Assembly (NCBI GenBank): GCA_041748915.1
Contig: JBGTCG010000076.1
Location: forward strand, 205-64,204
From: Methylococcales bacterium
GTDB taxonomy: Bacteria; Pseudomonadota; Gammaproteobacteria; Methylococcales; UBA1147
Direction of reading: 5' to 3'
DNA: 64,000 nucleotides
The position numbers and the translations under genes are program-made. The notes under the pieces were generated by a model, which ran no database searches, was not told where the DNA came from, and saw only the letters and a list, made by a program, of their open reading frames with translations. Each line of letters opens with the position of its first letter. The first letter of the stretch is position 1. Shown piece after piece: positions 26,728 to 36,095 of this stretch.

Positions 26728-27903
26728 GTGGATATCCATGAGTATCAAGCAAAAGAGATCCTGTCGGGATATGGGGTTCCAATCGGCAAGGGCGGCCTGG
26801 CCTACAGCCCGGAACAGGCCGTGTACCGGACCAAAGAGATCGGCGGCAGCGTCTGGGCGGTCAAGGCGCAGATTCATTCCGGCGCGCGCGGCAAGGCCGG
26901 CGGAATCAAGATATGCAAGACCGATGACGACATTTTCAATGTAGCCAACGAGCTGCTGGGCAAAAAACTCATTACCCATCAGACCGGTCCGCAAGGCAAA
27001 ATTTGTTCCCGCCTTTATATAGAAGCCGGCACCGATATTGACCGGGAAATTTATTTCAGCCTGATCGTCGACCGGGTTCATGAACGGGTCGTGATGATCG
27101 CTTCTTCGGAAGGCGGCATGGAGATTGAGGAGTTGGCGGAAAACAATCCGGACGCAATTCTGAAGATCTTCGTGGAGCCCGCCGTCGGATTGCAGGATTT
27201 CCAGGCACGCGAAATGGCGTTCGGCCTGAAGATTCCTCAGAGCGCGATGAGCCAGGCGATCGCAACCTTCAAGGGCTGCTACCGCGCGTTGCGGGATCTG
27301 GACGCGAATATGGTCGAAATCAATCCCCTGGTCATTACCAGGGAGGGCGGCCTGATCGCGCTCGATGCCAAAATGGGATTCGATGACAACGCTTTGTACC
27401 GCCAGCAGCGGATCGCGGAGTTGCGCGACAAGTCGCAGGAAGACCCGCGGGAAACCGCCGCATCCGACCGCGGCTTGAATTATGTCGGCCTGGAGGGGGA
27501 TATCGGTTGCATGATCAACGGAGCGGGCCTGGCGATGGCCAGTCTCGACATGATCAAGCTGGCCGGCGGCGAGCCCGCGAATTTTCTCGATATCGGCGGC
27601 GGAGCGACTCCGGACCGCGTCGAGAAAGCATTCCGTCTGGTTCTCGCCGACGACAATGTGGTCGTCATGTTGGTCAATATTTTCGCAGGTATCAACCGTT
27701 GCGACTGGGTCGCCGAAGGGGTGGTCCAGGCCGCCAAAAAACTGGATGTCAAGATTCCCTTGATCGTCCGTCTGTCCGGAACCAATGTCGACGAAGGCCG
27801 GAGAATCATCGCCGAAAGCGATTTGCCAATCATCACCGCCGATACGCTCGCGGAAGCGGCAAATAAAGCGGTTGAGGCACGGAACAGAGTCGTTGGCAAA
27901 TAA
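26728..27903 (+). CDS. mtkA: Malate--CoA ligase (malate thiokinase) beta subunit
   Basis: GTG start. [35 protein letters not shown] matches MtkA better than SucC. Directly follows mcl. Confidence 0.85.
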   Translation: MDIHEYQAKEILSGYGVPIGKGGLAYSPEQAVYRTKEIGGSVWAVKAQIHSGARGKAGGIKICKTDDDIFNVANELLGKKLITHQTGPQGKICSRLYIEAGTDIDREIYFSLIVDRVHERVVMIASSEGGMEIEELAENNPDAILKIFVEPAVGLQDFQAREMAFGLKIPQSAMSQAIATFKGCYRALRDLDANMVEINPLVITREGGLIALDAKMGFDDNALYRQQRIAELRDKSQEDPRETAASDRGLNYVGLEGDIGCMINGAGLAMASLDMIKLAGGEPANFLDIGGGATPDRVEKAFRLVLADDNVVVMLVNIFAGINRCDWVAEGVVQAAKKLDVKIPLIVRLSGTNVDEGRRIIAESDLPIITADTLAEAANKAVEARNRVVGK

Positions 27904-27924
27904 CACAGCAGGGGATCAGAATTC

Positions 27925-28815
27925 ATGGCTATCATGATTGACGAAACAACGCGTGTGATCGTGCAAGGATTCACCGGCAAAATAGGAACGTTTCACGCGC
28001 AGGATATGATGAATTACGGAACCAATGTCGTCGGCGGAGTGACGCCCGGGAAAGGCGGAACCACGCATCTCGGCAAACCCGTCTTCAACACGGTCAAGGA
28101 TGCGGTAAAAGGCACCGGCGCCACCGCGAGTATTTTGTTTGTTCCGCCCCCGTTCGCGGCGGACGGTATCATGGAAGCGGCGGACGCGGGGTTAAAAGTC
28201 TGTGTCGCGATCACCGACGGCATTCCAACCCAGGACATGATGCGCGTCAAACGCTATATGCGCCGTTACAAAAAAGAAGATCGCATGCGTTTGACCGGGC
28301 CGAACTGCGCGGGCACGATCAGTCCGGGGCGGGCCATGCTCGGTATTATGCCCGGGCATATCTACATGCGCGGCAATGTCGGGATCGTCGGGCGCTCCGG
28401 GACGCTCGGTTATGAAGCAGCTTCGCAGATGAAAGCATTGGGGATCGGAATTACGACGTCGGTCGGGATCGGCGGCGATCCGATCAACGGCAGTTCGCAC
28501 CGGGACATACTGGAGTTGTTCGAGCAGGATCCTGAAACCAGGGCGGTGATGATGATCGGTGAAATCGGCGGACCCCAGGAGGTTGAAGCCGGATATTTCG
28601 CCCGTGATCATATGTCCAAGCCGGTCGTAGCCTATATTGCCGGACTGACCGCGCCGAAAGGACGACGGATGGGCCATGCCGGTGCGATCGTCTCCGGCAG
28701 CGGCGAAAGCGCCGCGGAAAAGGTTGCGATCCTAAACGAATGCGGGGTAACCATCGCTCCGACGCCTTCGGAACTCGGCAAAACGATGGCCCAGACACTT
28801 GCCAAACTCAGCTGA
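27925..28815 (+). CDS. mtkB: Malate--CoA ligase alpha subunit
   Basis: 296 aa. CoA-binding N-terminus VIVQGFTGKIGTFH and the phosphohistidine region MGHAGAIV. Confidence 0.85.
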   Translation: MAIMIDETTRVIVQGFTGKIGTFHAQDMMNYGTNVVGGVTPGKGGTTHLGKPVFNTVKDAVKGTGATASILFVPPPFAADGIMEAADAGLKVCVAITDGIPTQDMMRVKRYMRRYKKEDRMRLTGPNCAGTISPGRAMLGIMPGHIYMRGNVGIVGRSGTLGYEAASQMKALGIGITTSVGIGGDPINGSSHRDILELFEQDPETRAVMMIGEIGGPQEVEAGYFARDHMSKPVVAYIAGLTAPKGRRMGHAGAIVSGSGESAAEKVAILNECGVTIAPTPSELGKTMAQTLAKLS

Positions 28816-29139
28816 GCCGGAATTCTTTTGCGCGCCTTTTCGATGCGCCGTGACGAATTGCGAATGGATCGCCACCGCGGTCATGATTGAGCCGGTCTCG
28901 CGAATAATCCAAGGCGATATTCGGAGTTAAAATCCCGGATGTCGCCTTTATGCTTCTGCCATACCCGAGCCGGTGGAAGCTGGGCTCCAAACTTTTTCCG
29001 GGCAGTTGGGTGAAGCGGCAGTCGGAACCGGCTATCCCACCTGAAGTCCTGATCAAGACGCGGAGTCGTTGTGCTGCCTGGACTCAAAGAACGCGATATT
29101 CACCTGCCTACCGTGTTGATCGATAACTTAGGGAAACGC

Positions 29140-29290
29140 TGAATTAATCCATCCTGGATTTCTCAGCGGTCGTCAACCCTGCCAATGCGATTTGGGTTTG
29201 CCTCACAAAATCAGACGCTTACAGCGTCCTATTTTGGCAGTGCATCCCTGCACTGCGGGAAGCTCTGATTAAATCAGGGCTTCCTTAGGC
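29140..29290 (+). repeat. Structured intergenic repeat, family 1, copy 2
   Basis: tgaattaatccatcctggatttctcagcgg..ccaatgcgatttggg..cacaaaatca..attttggcagtgcatccctgcactgcgggaagctctgattaaatcagggcttcc. Hairpins gcagtgca-tccc-tgcactgc and ggaagctctgat-taa-atcagggcttcc. Confidence 0.9.
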
Positions 29291-29505
29291 GATGTGAGCC
29301 GGACGGTCAGGGCAATGCGCGCCGACGTCATCGATTAGTTTGAAAAACCCTGCGGACCCCGGCTATTGCAGGCCGTCAGCGATGTGATCCATTCCCGCAT
29401 CGAATAGGTCCCGGCCGGACCTTCACCGAATCTCCGAACACCGGTTCCAGAGATCGCCCTGCGCGCGAGTCCAATGATCGAGGCATCGGGTTACCCGAAC
29501 AATCT

Positions 29506-31467
29506 TCACGGCAACTCCAACGGCAAAATTCCCTGTTCAAGAATGGACGCATATTCGCCCGACACGAGCTTCCGGCCCCGATTCCGCGTACTGGATTCAA
29601 TCCGTCTGGACAAACTGGATATCCGCAGGTGATGGATCGCAATTCGTTCCGCGGATCCGTTGCAAAACTGGTCGGCCAGTTCCGTTGCGTGTTCATCCTG
29701 GTGCCTTACCGCGCGCAAGCAGGTTACGGCCATCACCGAAAGATCCATTGCGATCTCGGCAAAATAGGCGAGCAGAACCTGGCGCTGTTCGAATGACTGA
29801 TCGGGTGAAAGCAGTTTATCCGGTGATTTCTTGACCTGAATCGCATTCCACAGCCGCTTGCCGTAATAACTTAGACCTTCCCGCAGGATCTCCCGGTAAA
29901 CGAGCCGCAACAGACGACTCCGGTTACGTTCAATAAATACAAAATGACGCCGTAGCGCATGCCCGGACAAGTCCGCGGGCAGCTTTTTTCGTCCGTATAT
30001 TCCGGATAGAAAACGGCCGCCGAATTCAATCAAACGCTTGCAGGTGGCGACAATGCCCCCTCCTCCGCGCGCGAGCGATTGGTAATCGGCGATCAGTGTG
30101 TCCAGCAAACAACGAATGGTGTAGAGCAATAGCACATTGGAGCCGCCCTCACCGATGCGCATCATCCGCGCGCTGCGATACAGGCGCTCGACCGGAAGCG
30201 CGAATTCGCCCCGGCGTGATTGCGAAGCATAGGTTTCGTAACCGCGCCCGCCGCGGATCTGGAGCGTATCATCCGCGGTCTGGATCAGCGCGTCGGACGA
30301 AAAAAGTTTCAGGATCGCGGCTTCGAGGCGGACATCGCTGCCCGGACGGTCCGCGAGCCCCGCGACGAATCGGATATAGGATTCGACCGCATAGATCGAA
30401 GCGGCCATGTTCAGCAGAGCCTGGGTATTCAGCGCATGTTCGGCGATCGGTTTACCGCCCTGAATTCGCCGCGCAGCCCACCACCGCGCGCCGCGTTCGA
30501 GCTGTTTCATCATGCCCAAACAGATCGCCGCGATATTGATTCGCCCGGAAGCGAGATTTTTGAATGCGATTTTGAGCCCGTCCCCTACCCCGCCGACCAT
30601 CTGGGTATGTTCGACGCGGACGTCCTCAAGTTGAATCGCGGCGTTCGGAAGTCCGCGCCAGCCGCAGAACTCCAAAGCCTTGGTCGTGATGCCCGGCGTT
30701 TCGCGGTCCACCAAAAACGCGGTAATCCGGCCGCGCCGGTCGATCGTTTCCGGGTTCTCGCCCGGATACAGCACCACGGCCAGCATCAGATAACAATCGG
30801 CAATCGTGCCCAGGGTCGTGAACAGCTTGCCGCCGCGCTGCCAGGTGCCCGACAGCCGAAAGGAATGCCTGTCGTCACTGGCGTGGGCGAACGTTTGCAG
30901 CCGGCCCGGATCGGAACCGGCTTCCGCAGTGGTCAGACAAAACGCCCCCAACGCGCTTTCGGCAAGCCACGGAAGATATTTCCTGCGTAAAGTTTCGCCG
31001 GCCGATTGACGTTCCACCGATTGGCCCAGATCAAGGTCGCGGCCCGACAACAGGCTTTGAATCACGCCGAGCTGCTGCACGGACACCACCAGGGCCAGCA
31101 CTTCGCTGCGGCTCGCGATCAATTCGAGCAGGCGGACAAAAACGCTCTGCGGCAATCCCAGGCCGCCATATTCCTTGGGGATTCTGGCGCGAAAGCAGCC
31201 CAGCTTGCGCAGGCCGTCGAGGTATTCCGCCGGAATTTTTCCGTCCGTTTCAATCCTTTCCGGATCGACAAAATCGGCAAGCCATTTTTCGACCGCGGCC
31301 AGCATCGAGTCCCCGGAAGTCTCGGATTCAGTAACAGCAATGGATTCATAATCGATCCCGTGATCCAGAAAACCCGAGAATGGTGAAGGCCGCATTTTCT
31401 CATGGGAATCTTCAAGAATCTGCCGATATTGAGAATATTCTGAACGCATTACGCCTCCTGACTTCAT
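29506..31467 (-). CDS. Large acyl-CoA dehydrogenase family protein (653 aa, with C-terminal extension)
   Basis: ACAD-like core (..TTAEAGSDPG..; ..QIRGGRGYET..) followed by a ~200-aa extra C-terminal region. Last gene of the minus-strand hppD-hmgA-fah-maiA string. Confidence 0.8.
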   Translation of the reverse strand: MKSGGVMRSEYSQYRQILEDSHEKMRPSPFSGFLDHGIDYESIAVTESETSGDSMLAAVEKWLADFVDPERIETDGKIPAEYLDGLRKLGCFRARIPKEYGGLGLPQSVFVRLLELIASRSEVLALVVSVQQLGVIQSLLSGRDLDLGQSVERQSAGETLRRKYLPWLAESALGAFCLTTAEAGSDPGRLQTFAHASDDRHSFRLSGTWQRGGKLFTTLGTIADCYLMLAVVLYPGENPETIDRRGRITAFLVDRETPGITTKALEFCGWRGLPNAAIQLEDVRVEHTQMVGGVGDGLKIAFKNLASGRINIAAICLGMMKQLERGARWWAARRIQGGKPIAEHALNTQALLNMAASIYAVESYIRFVAGLADRPGSDVRLEAAILKLFSSDALIQTADDTLQIRGGRGYETYASQSRRGEFALPVERLYRSARMMRIGEGGSNVLLLYTIRCLLDTLIADYQSLARGGGGIVATCKRLIEFGGRFLSGIYGRKKLPADLSGHALRRHFVFIERNRSRLLRLVYREILREGLSYYGKRLWNAIQVKKSPDKLLSPDQSFEQRQVLLAYFAEIAMDLSVMAVTCLRAVRHQDEHATELADQFCNGSAERIAIHHLRISSLSRRIESSTRNRGRKLVSGEYASILEQGILPLELP

Positions 31468-31551
31468 CGGTACCGCGCCGTGCGCGCTCGCGCGAAGCCG
31501 CGACCGTCGTCGAAACCAGGCGAGGCCGCCAAAACAATCCGGTCTTTCCGG

Positions 31552-32223
31552 CTACGCGTCTCCCGAATCTGCGGATTCCGGCGAATCCGGCTGGCGTTCC
31601 GGCGCCGCCCTGCGAAACGCGTCAATCCGGGTACAGTTCCGGTGTATTCCCTGAATCAAGGGATAGCGTTCGATCCGATGATCGAAGCGGAGCGCGTTAT
31701 ACACTTGCGGGATCAGAAACAGATCCGCGAGCCCGGGCGCGTCACCGAAACAGAAAAGGCCTTTCGACCCTGACCGTTCGAGCCGGATTTCGAATGCGCT
31801 CAGACCCTTCTCGAGCCAGTGATGATACCAGCGCTGTTTCTGTTCGGTCGTGGTGCTTTCGGGCCATAAATAAGTCAGAACCCTAAGATTGTTCAATGGA
31901 TGAATGTCACAGGCAATCATCTGGGCCAGCGACCGGACCAACGCGCGGTCGCCGAGGTTCTCAGGAAGCAGAGGGCGCAATGGATAACGCTCTTCGAGGT
32001 ATTCGATAATCGCGGCCGACTCGGTCAGCAAACCGTCTTCGGTGTTCAGCGCCGGAACAAGCCCCTGCGGATTGATTTCGAGATAGTCCCTGTGCTGGTG
32101 TTCCCCGCCGTTTTTAAGCAGATGCACGGGATAAATCGTATAGTCGAGGTCTTTCAGGTTCAATGCGATGCGCACCCGGTAGGCCGCGGAACTACGGTGA
32201 TAGCTGTACAGACCTAAGGCCAT
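31552..32223 (-). CDS. maiA: Maleylacetoacetate isomerase (GST zeta class)
   Basis: N-terminal SSAAYRVRIALNLK motif typical of zeta GST/MaiA. Overlaps the fah stop by 10 nt. Confidence 0.85.
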   Translation of the reverse strand: MALGLYSYHRSSAAYRVRIALNLKDLDYTIYPVHLLKNGGEHQHRDYLEINPQGLVPALNTEDGLLTESAAIIEYLEERYPLRPLLPENLGDRALVRSLAQMIACDIHPLNNLRVLTYLWPESTTTEQKQRWYHHWLEKGLSAFEIRLERSGSKGLFCFGDAPGLADLFLIPQVYNALRFDHRIERYPLIQGIHRNCTRIDAFRRAAPERQPDSPESADSGDA

Positions 32224-33197
32224 GATTCAACCATCTGATCGATCGCGCCGAAAATCGATTCGTCCCGCTCGTTGGTCATTTCGATACGAACCCGATCGCC
32301 GAATCGCATGAATGGGGTCGTGGCTTCTTTTTTCTCGATCACTTCGACAACCCTTTTTTCCGCTATGCACGAAAAACCTCTGCCAAGATCCCGGTTACTG
32401 ACCGTGCCGCTGCCGATGATGGTTCCCGCCTGCAAGCGGCGGGTTTTCGCGGCATGGCTGATCAGCCGGGCAAAATCGAATTGCATATCCGCCCCGGTAT
32501 CGGCATGGCCGAAGCAATCACCGTTCCAGAACACCTGCAGAGAACCGTGGAGCCGCGTTCCATCCCATCCCTCGCCGAGTTCATCCGGGGTGACCGCGAC
32601 CGGAGAAAATGCACTCGAAGGTTTTCCATTCAGAAATCCGAAACCTTTCAAGAGTTCCGCGGGAATCAGGTTCCGCAGCGAAACGTCATTGACCAGAACC
32701 AACAAGCGGATGTGATCGGCTGCGACGTCCGGCGACACACCCATCGGCACGTCACCGGTAATCACCGCGACTTCGGCCTCGAAATCGATACCCCACGATT
32801 CGTTTTGCACGGCAATCGAATCGCGCGCGCCGAGCAGTGTATCGGATCCGCCCTGATACATCAGCGGGTCGTCCAGAAAACTCGGCGGCATGGCCACGCC
32901 GCGCGCCTTGCGGACCCTTTCCACATGGCTCAGATAGGCGCTGCCGTCCAGCCACTGATAAGCCCGCGGCAGCGGGGCCGCGAGTTCCGTCCAGTCGAAC
33001 GTCCGGCCGATCGATCCGCCGCGGTTCAGCGATTCATAAATGCGTTCCATTTCCGGCGCGGCCCGTTCCCAATTGTCCAGCACCTCCTGCAGGGCGCCGC
33101 CCCATTCCCGGACTTCCGCCAACCGGTCGAGGCTGCGATTAAAGACCGCGAGTTGCCCATCCCGGCGGTCAGGCCATTTCAGCGTTCCGAGCTTCAT
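32214..33197 (-). CDS. Fumarylacetoacetate hydrolase family protein (short bacterial type)
   Basis: ~327 aa FAH-fold protein (..GSGTVSN.. C-terminal region). Its position between hmgA and maiA suggests the fumarylacetoacetase step. ATGA overlap with hmgA. Confidence 0.75.
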   Translation of the reverse strand: MKLGTLKWPDRRDGQLAVFNRSLDRLAEVREWGGALQEVLDNWERAAPEMERIYESLNRGGSIGRTFDWTELAAPLPRAYQWLDGSAYLSHVERVRKARGVAMPPSFLDDPLMYQGGSDTLLGARDSIAVQNESWGIDFEAEVAVITGDVPMGVSPDVAADHIRLLVLVNDVSLRNLIPAELLKGFGFLNGKPSSAFSPVAVTPDELGEGWDGTRLHGSLQVFWNGDCFGHADTGADMQFDFARLISHAAKTRRLQAGTIIGSGTVSNRDLGRGFSCIAEKRVVEVIEKKEATTPFMRFGDRVRIEMTNERDESIFGAIDQMVESWP

Positions 33198-34309
33198 TTC
33201 CAGGAATCCACATACCCTTTCCATTCGGCCGCATCGGCCGCTTCGGCGACATCCAGATTATCGCGGGCATCAATCATCACCGCGACTTCCCTGGTTTCCC
33301 TGCCCCGGTTCGAGGCCGCGTTTCTGAGCGCCTTCGGATGTGGGCCGTGCGGGATTCCACGCGGATGCAGGGTCATCATGCCCGGATAAATATGATCACG
33401 GGAGAAAAATTCGCCGGCATGATAAAAAATCAGTTCATCGTAATCGTCGTTGCTGTGAAAAAAAGGCACGTTCAAGGCGCCGGGATCACTCTCGAACGGC
33501 CTCGGCACAAACGTACAAACCACAAAATGGGCCGCGACGAATGTCGAATGAGCCGACGGCGGAACATGGTAACGGTGACTCATTAACGGACGGATATCGC
33601 GCCAGTTCAGGCGCACCGGCATTAATGCGCCGTGCCAGCCGACCGCATCCAACGGATTGAACGGATAGACGATCGTGCTGAGCCGATTGCGACTCTTGAC
33701 CACGACCCGCCATTCATTGTCATTCTGTTGCGCGATAAAGGCCTCGTCGATCGACGGCGCATCCAGTACCGCAGGGTCGAATATCGCGTGATTACCGACC
33801 AGTCCCTTGTCCGGAAGACGAAAGCTGTCATTCGTCGCTTCGATCAGCAATAAACTGACCGGCTCCTCAATGGACATGCGCCACAAGGTGCCGCGCGGCA
33901 ACATCAGATAGTCGCCCTCGCGGAACACAAGCCGGCCGTAGTCGCAAAACAGTTCCCCGGCGCCTTCATGCACGAAAATCAATTCATCGCCATCCGCGTT
34001 CCTGACCAGAAGATCCATGCTATGATCGATCCGGACAAAACGAATCCGCACGCCGGAATTGCTGAACAGCATTCCCGCGTCCCAAGGGGACTTTGCGCTG
34101 ATTTCCATTTGCCGTGTATCGAACGCGCGCGGCCGCATCGGTCCCTCGACGCTCGACCAGGCGGTCGGCGGATGGCGGTGGTACATTTGAGTGGCCGGGC
34201 CGTAGAAACCTTCTTTGCCGAGCTCGCGCTCGTAGGTATCGCGGGGCAAATCGGTGTGCGCTTGGCGCGATGACGCGCCTTCGATCCGGGGAAGATGAAT
34301 CCACGCCAT
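33194..34309 (-). CDS. hmgA: Homogentisate 1,2-dioxygenase (short ~370-aa form)
   Basis: GKEGFYGPATQMYHRHPPT resembles the KGFSG..S.LYH...PT signature of the short HmgA family. Cupin-like core. Directly downstream of hppD. Confidence 0.75.
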   Translation of the reverse strand: MAWIHLPRIEGASSRQAHTDLPRDTYERELGKEGFYGPATQMYHRHPPTAWSSVEGPMRPRAFDTRQMEISAKSPWDAGMLFSNSGVRIRFVRIDHSMDLLVRNADGDELIFVHEGAGELFCDYGRLVFREGDYLMLPRGTLWRMSIEEPVSLLLIEATNDSFRLPDKGLVGNHAIFDPAVLDAPSIDEAFIAQQNDNEWRVVVKSRNRLSTIVYPFNPLDAVGWHGALMPVRLNWRDIRPLMSHRYHVPPSAHSTFVAAHFVVCTFVPRPFESDPGALNVPFFHSNDDYDELIFYHAGEFFSRDHIYPGMMTLHPRGIPHGPHPKALRNAASNRGRETREVAVMIDARDNLDVAEAADAAEWKGYVDSWK

Positions 34310-34310
34310 A

Positions 34311-35363
34311 CTAAAGGACTCCGCGTTGCATCTGATCGCGCTCTATGGACTGAAACAGCGCATTGAAATTTCCTTCCCCGAAACCCTGGTTTCCTTTACG
34401 CTGGATCACTTCGAAAAAGATCGGACCGATTACCGTGGACGTGAAAATTTGCAGCAGTAATCCATGGTCCTGGGCGGTTCCTCCATCGATCAGAATTCGA
34501 TTTTCCCGTAGTCTTGCGATATCTTCGCCGTGTTCAGTAATCCGTTCATCGAGATGCTCGTAATAGGTGTCGAGTACGTCCATGAACTTGATGCCGTTGG
34601 ACCGCATTGCTTCAACCGTGGAATAGATATCGTCGGTCGCCATCGCAATGTGCTGGATACCCTCGCCCCGATAAGCGTCCAGGTATTCCTGGATCTGTGA
34701 TTTTGCGTCGGAAGGCTCGTTGATCGGAATCCGGATTTTGCCGCACGGACTGGTCATCGCGCGCGACTTCAGGCCGGTGGTCTCGCCATGAATATCGAAA
34801 TAGCGGATCTCATGGAAATTGAACAGTCGTTTATAAAACTGGGCCCAGTCATTCATCCTTCCTTTGCGGACATTATGGGTCAGATGGTCGATTTCCTTGA
34901 GGCCCACTCCGGCCGGTCTCAGTTCGACGCCTTCGAACGGGATAAAATCGACATCGTAAATGGAGCGATCACCGTAACGATCGATCAGATAAATCAGACT
35001 GCGGCCGATTCCACGGATCGCCGGTATATTGAGCTCCATCGGCCGGGCATCGCCGAGATGCGGCTCCCCGCCGAGCTTCAGCGCGCGTTCATAGCTCTCG
35101 GCTGCATTCTTGACCCGAATTCCGAAGGCGCAAATCGACGCGCCGTGGACCTTCGCGAAAGCCTGGGCGAAACTGCTGGGTTCATGGTTGATTACGAAAT
35201 TGATCCCGCCCTGGCGATACAAGACGACATCTTTCGAACGGTGGCGCGCGATCGCGACAAACCCGAGTTGTGAAAACAACTGTTCCAGGGCCCTCGTATC
35301 CGGAGCGGTGTACTCGACGAACTCGAATCCGTCGGTTCCCATTGGATTCGGGATGTTTACCAT
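34311..35363 (-). CDS. hppD: 4-hydroxyphenylpyruvate dioxygenase
   Basis: 350 aa. GFEFVEY, GIQHIAMATDDI and FFEVIQRKG motifs characteristic of HPPD. Confidence 0.9.
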   Translation of the reverse strand: MVNIPNPMGTDGFEFVEYTAPDTRALEQLFSQLGFVAIARHRSKDVVLYRQGGINFVINHEPSSFAQAFAKVHGASICAFGIRVKNAAESYERALKLGGEPHLGDARPMELNIPAIRGIGRSLIYLIDRYGDRSIYDVDFIPFEGVELRPAGVGLKEIDHLTHNVRKGRMNDWAQFYKRLFNFHEIRYFDIHGETTGLKSRAMTSPCGKIRIPINEPSDAKSQIQEYLDAYRGEGIQHIAMATDDIYSTVEAMRSNGIKFMDVLDTYYEHLDERITEHGEDIARLRENRILIDGGTAQDHGLLLQIFTSTVIGPIFFEVIQRKGNQGFGEGNFNALFQSIERDQMQRGVL

Positions 35364-35489
35364 ACTGATACTCCATCCATATTCATTAACGGCGCTTCAC
35401 GGAACGAAGCGCGCCCACAGTCCCGGTGACTGTAAGATTGCACACTGCAAGTGATCGGTATTGGACGCTCACGGAAATCGCTTTCAATC

Positions 35490-35790
35490 CGCAGTTTCGA
35501 ATGTTACCCGAAGCGATGGGATAAGTTCATTCTGCCATAGACCTTCGTCGGGGCATGAAGGTTCAGATACGGCGCAACGGACAAGACCGCCCGGCTCCAG
35601 CAGCGACACTGCTGTACCGCGGTTTCGAGCCAATCAGGTTTGGACGCGCGCCGCGCGACGCCGGGGTCATCACGTCCAGGATTTGCGGCATTTGCGGTTC
35701 GGCCCACCTTTATTCCTTCGCGCGGCTGCGCCGGGCATCCAGGTTGCTTCGGCTAATGCGCGCGACCCTGGGCGAACTCATCGGACGGGT
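35490..35790 (+). pseudogene. Relic of a [NiFe]-hydrogenase large-subunit N-terminus (multiple frameshifts)
   Basis: The frame of ORF 35555 reads KVQIRRNGQD..ATLLYRGFEPIRFGRAPRDAGVITSRICGICGSAH. This matches the L1 pattern RGxE..L.GR.P.DA......RICG(I/V)C...H. An ..SSGHEG piece (EGH-like) lies in another frame just upstream, and a GIQVASANAR (GI.VP.NAR-like) piece lies in another frame downstream. Nothing further of the ~500-aa protein is present. Confidence 0.5.
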
Positions 35791-36095
35791 CGATGAACCG
35801 GTCTTCCGGTCCGTCAACAGGGAACGACGGACGGCGAAGGGTATGGATTGGTCACGGCGGCGCGCGGCGCATTGCGACATTGGGTTCGACTGCGCGACGG
35901 TGTTATCGAACAATGTCAGGTCGTCACGCCGACGGCATACCGGCGAGCCAAACGGATTATTCGAAAGTGCGAATAATCCGCACCGGTTTCGTACGGCCGC
36001 GTGCGCTGGCCGGAAATTTTGCCGTTCCGGGACGAAATTGCTTAACCGCGTTTACTTCAAATATAATCCAGAGTTTATACAATGTAACTATATCG

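Noticed and set aside
25723-27906. A 727-codon stop-free ORF on the minus strand spanning the whole of mcl and mtkA.
   Set aside because: It lies exactly antisense to two genes whose products match well-known enzyme families along their full length. Its translation is low-complexity (R/G/D/A/H-rich) with no recognisable motif. Long shadow ORFs opposite succinyl-CoA-synthetase-type genes are a known annotation artefact. The length is notable, but I see no evidence that it is expressed. The same applies to antisense ORFs 51301-52164 (tkt), 55223-56122 (fba) and 45647-46213 (gap).
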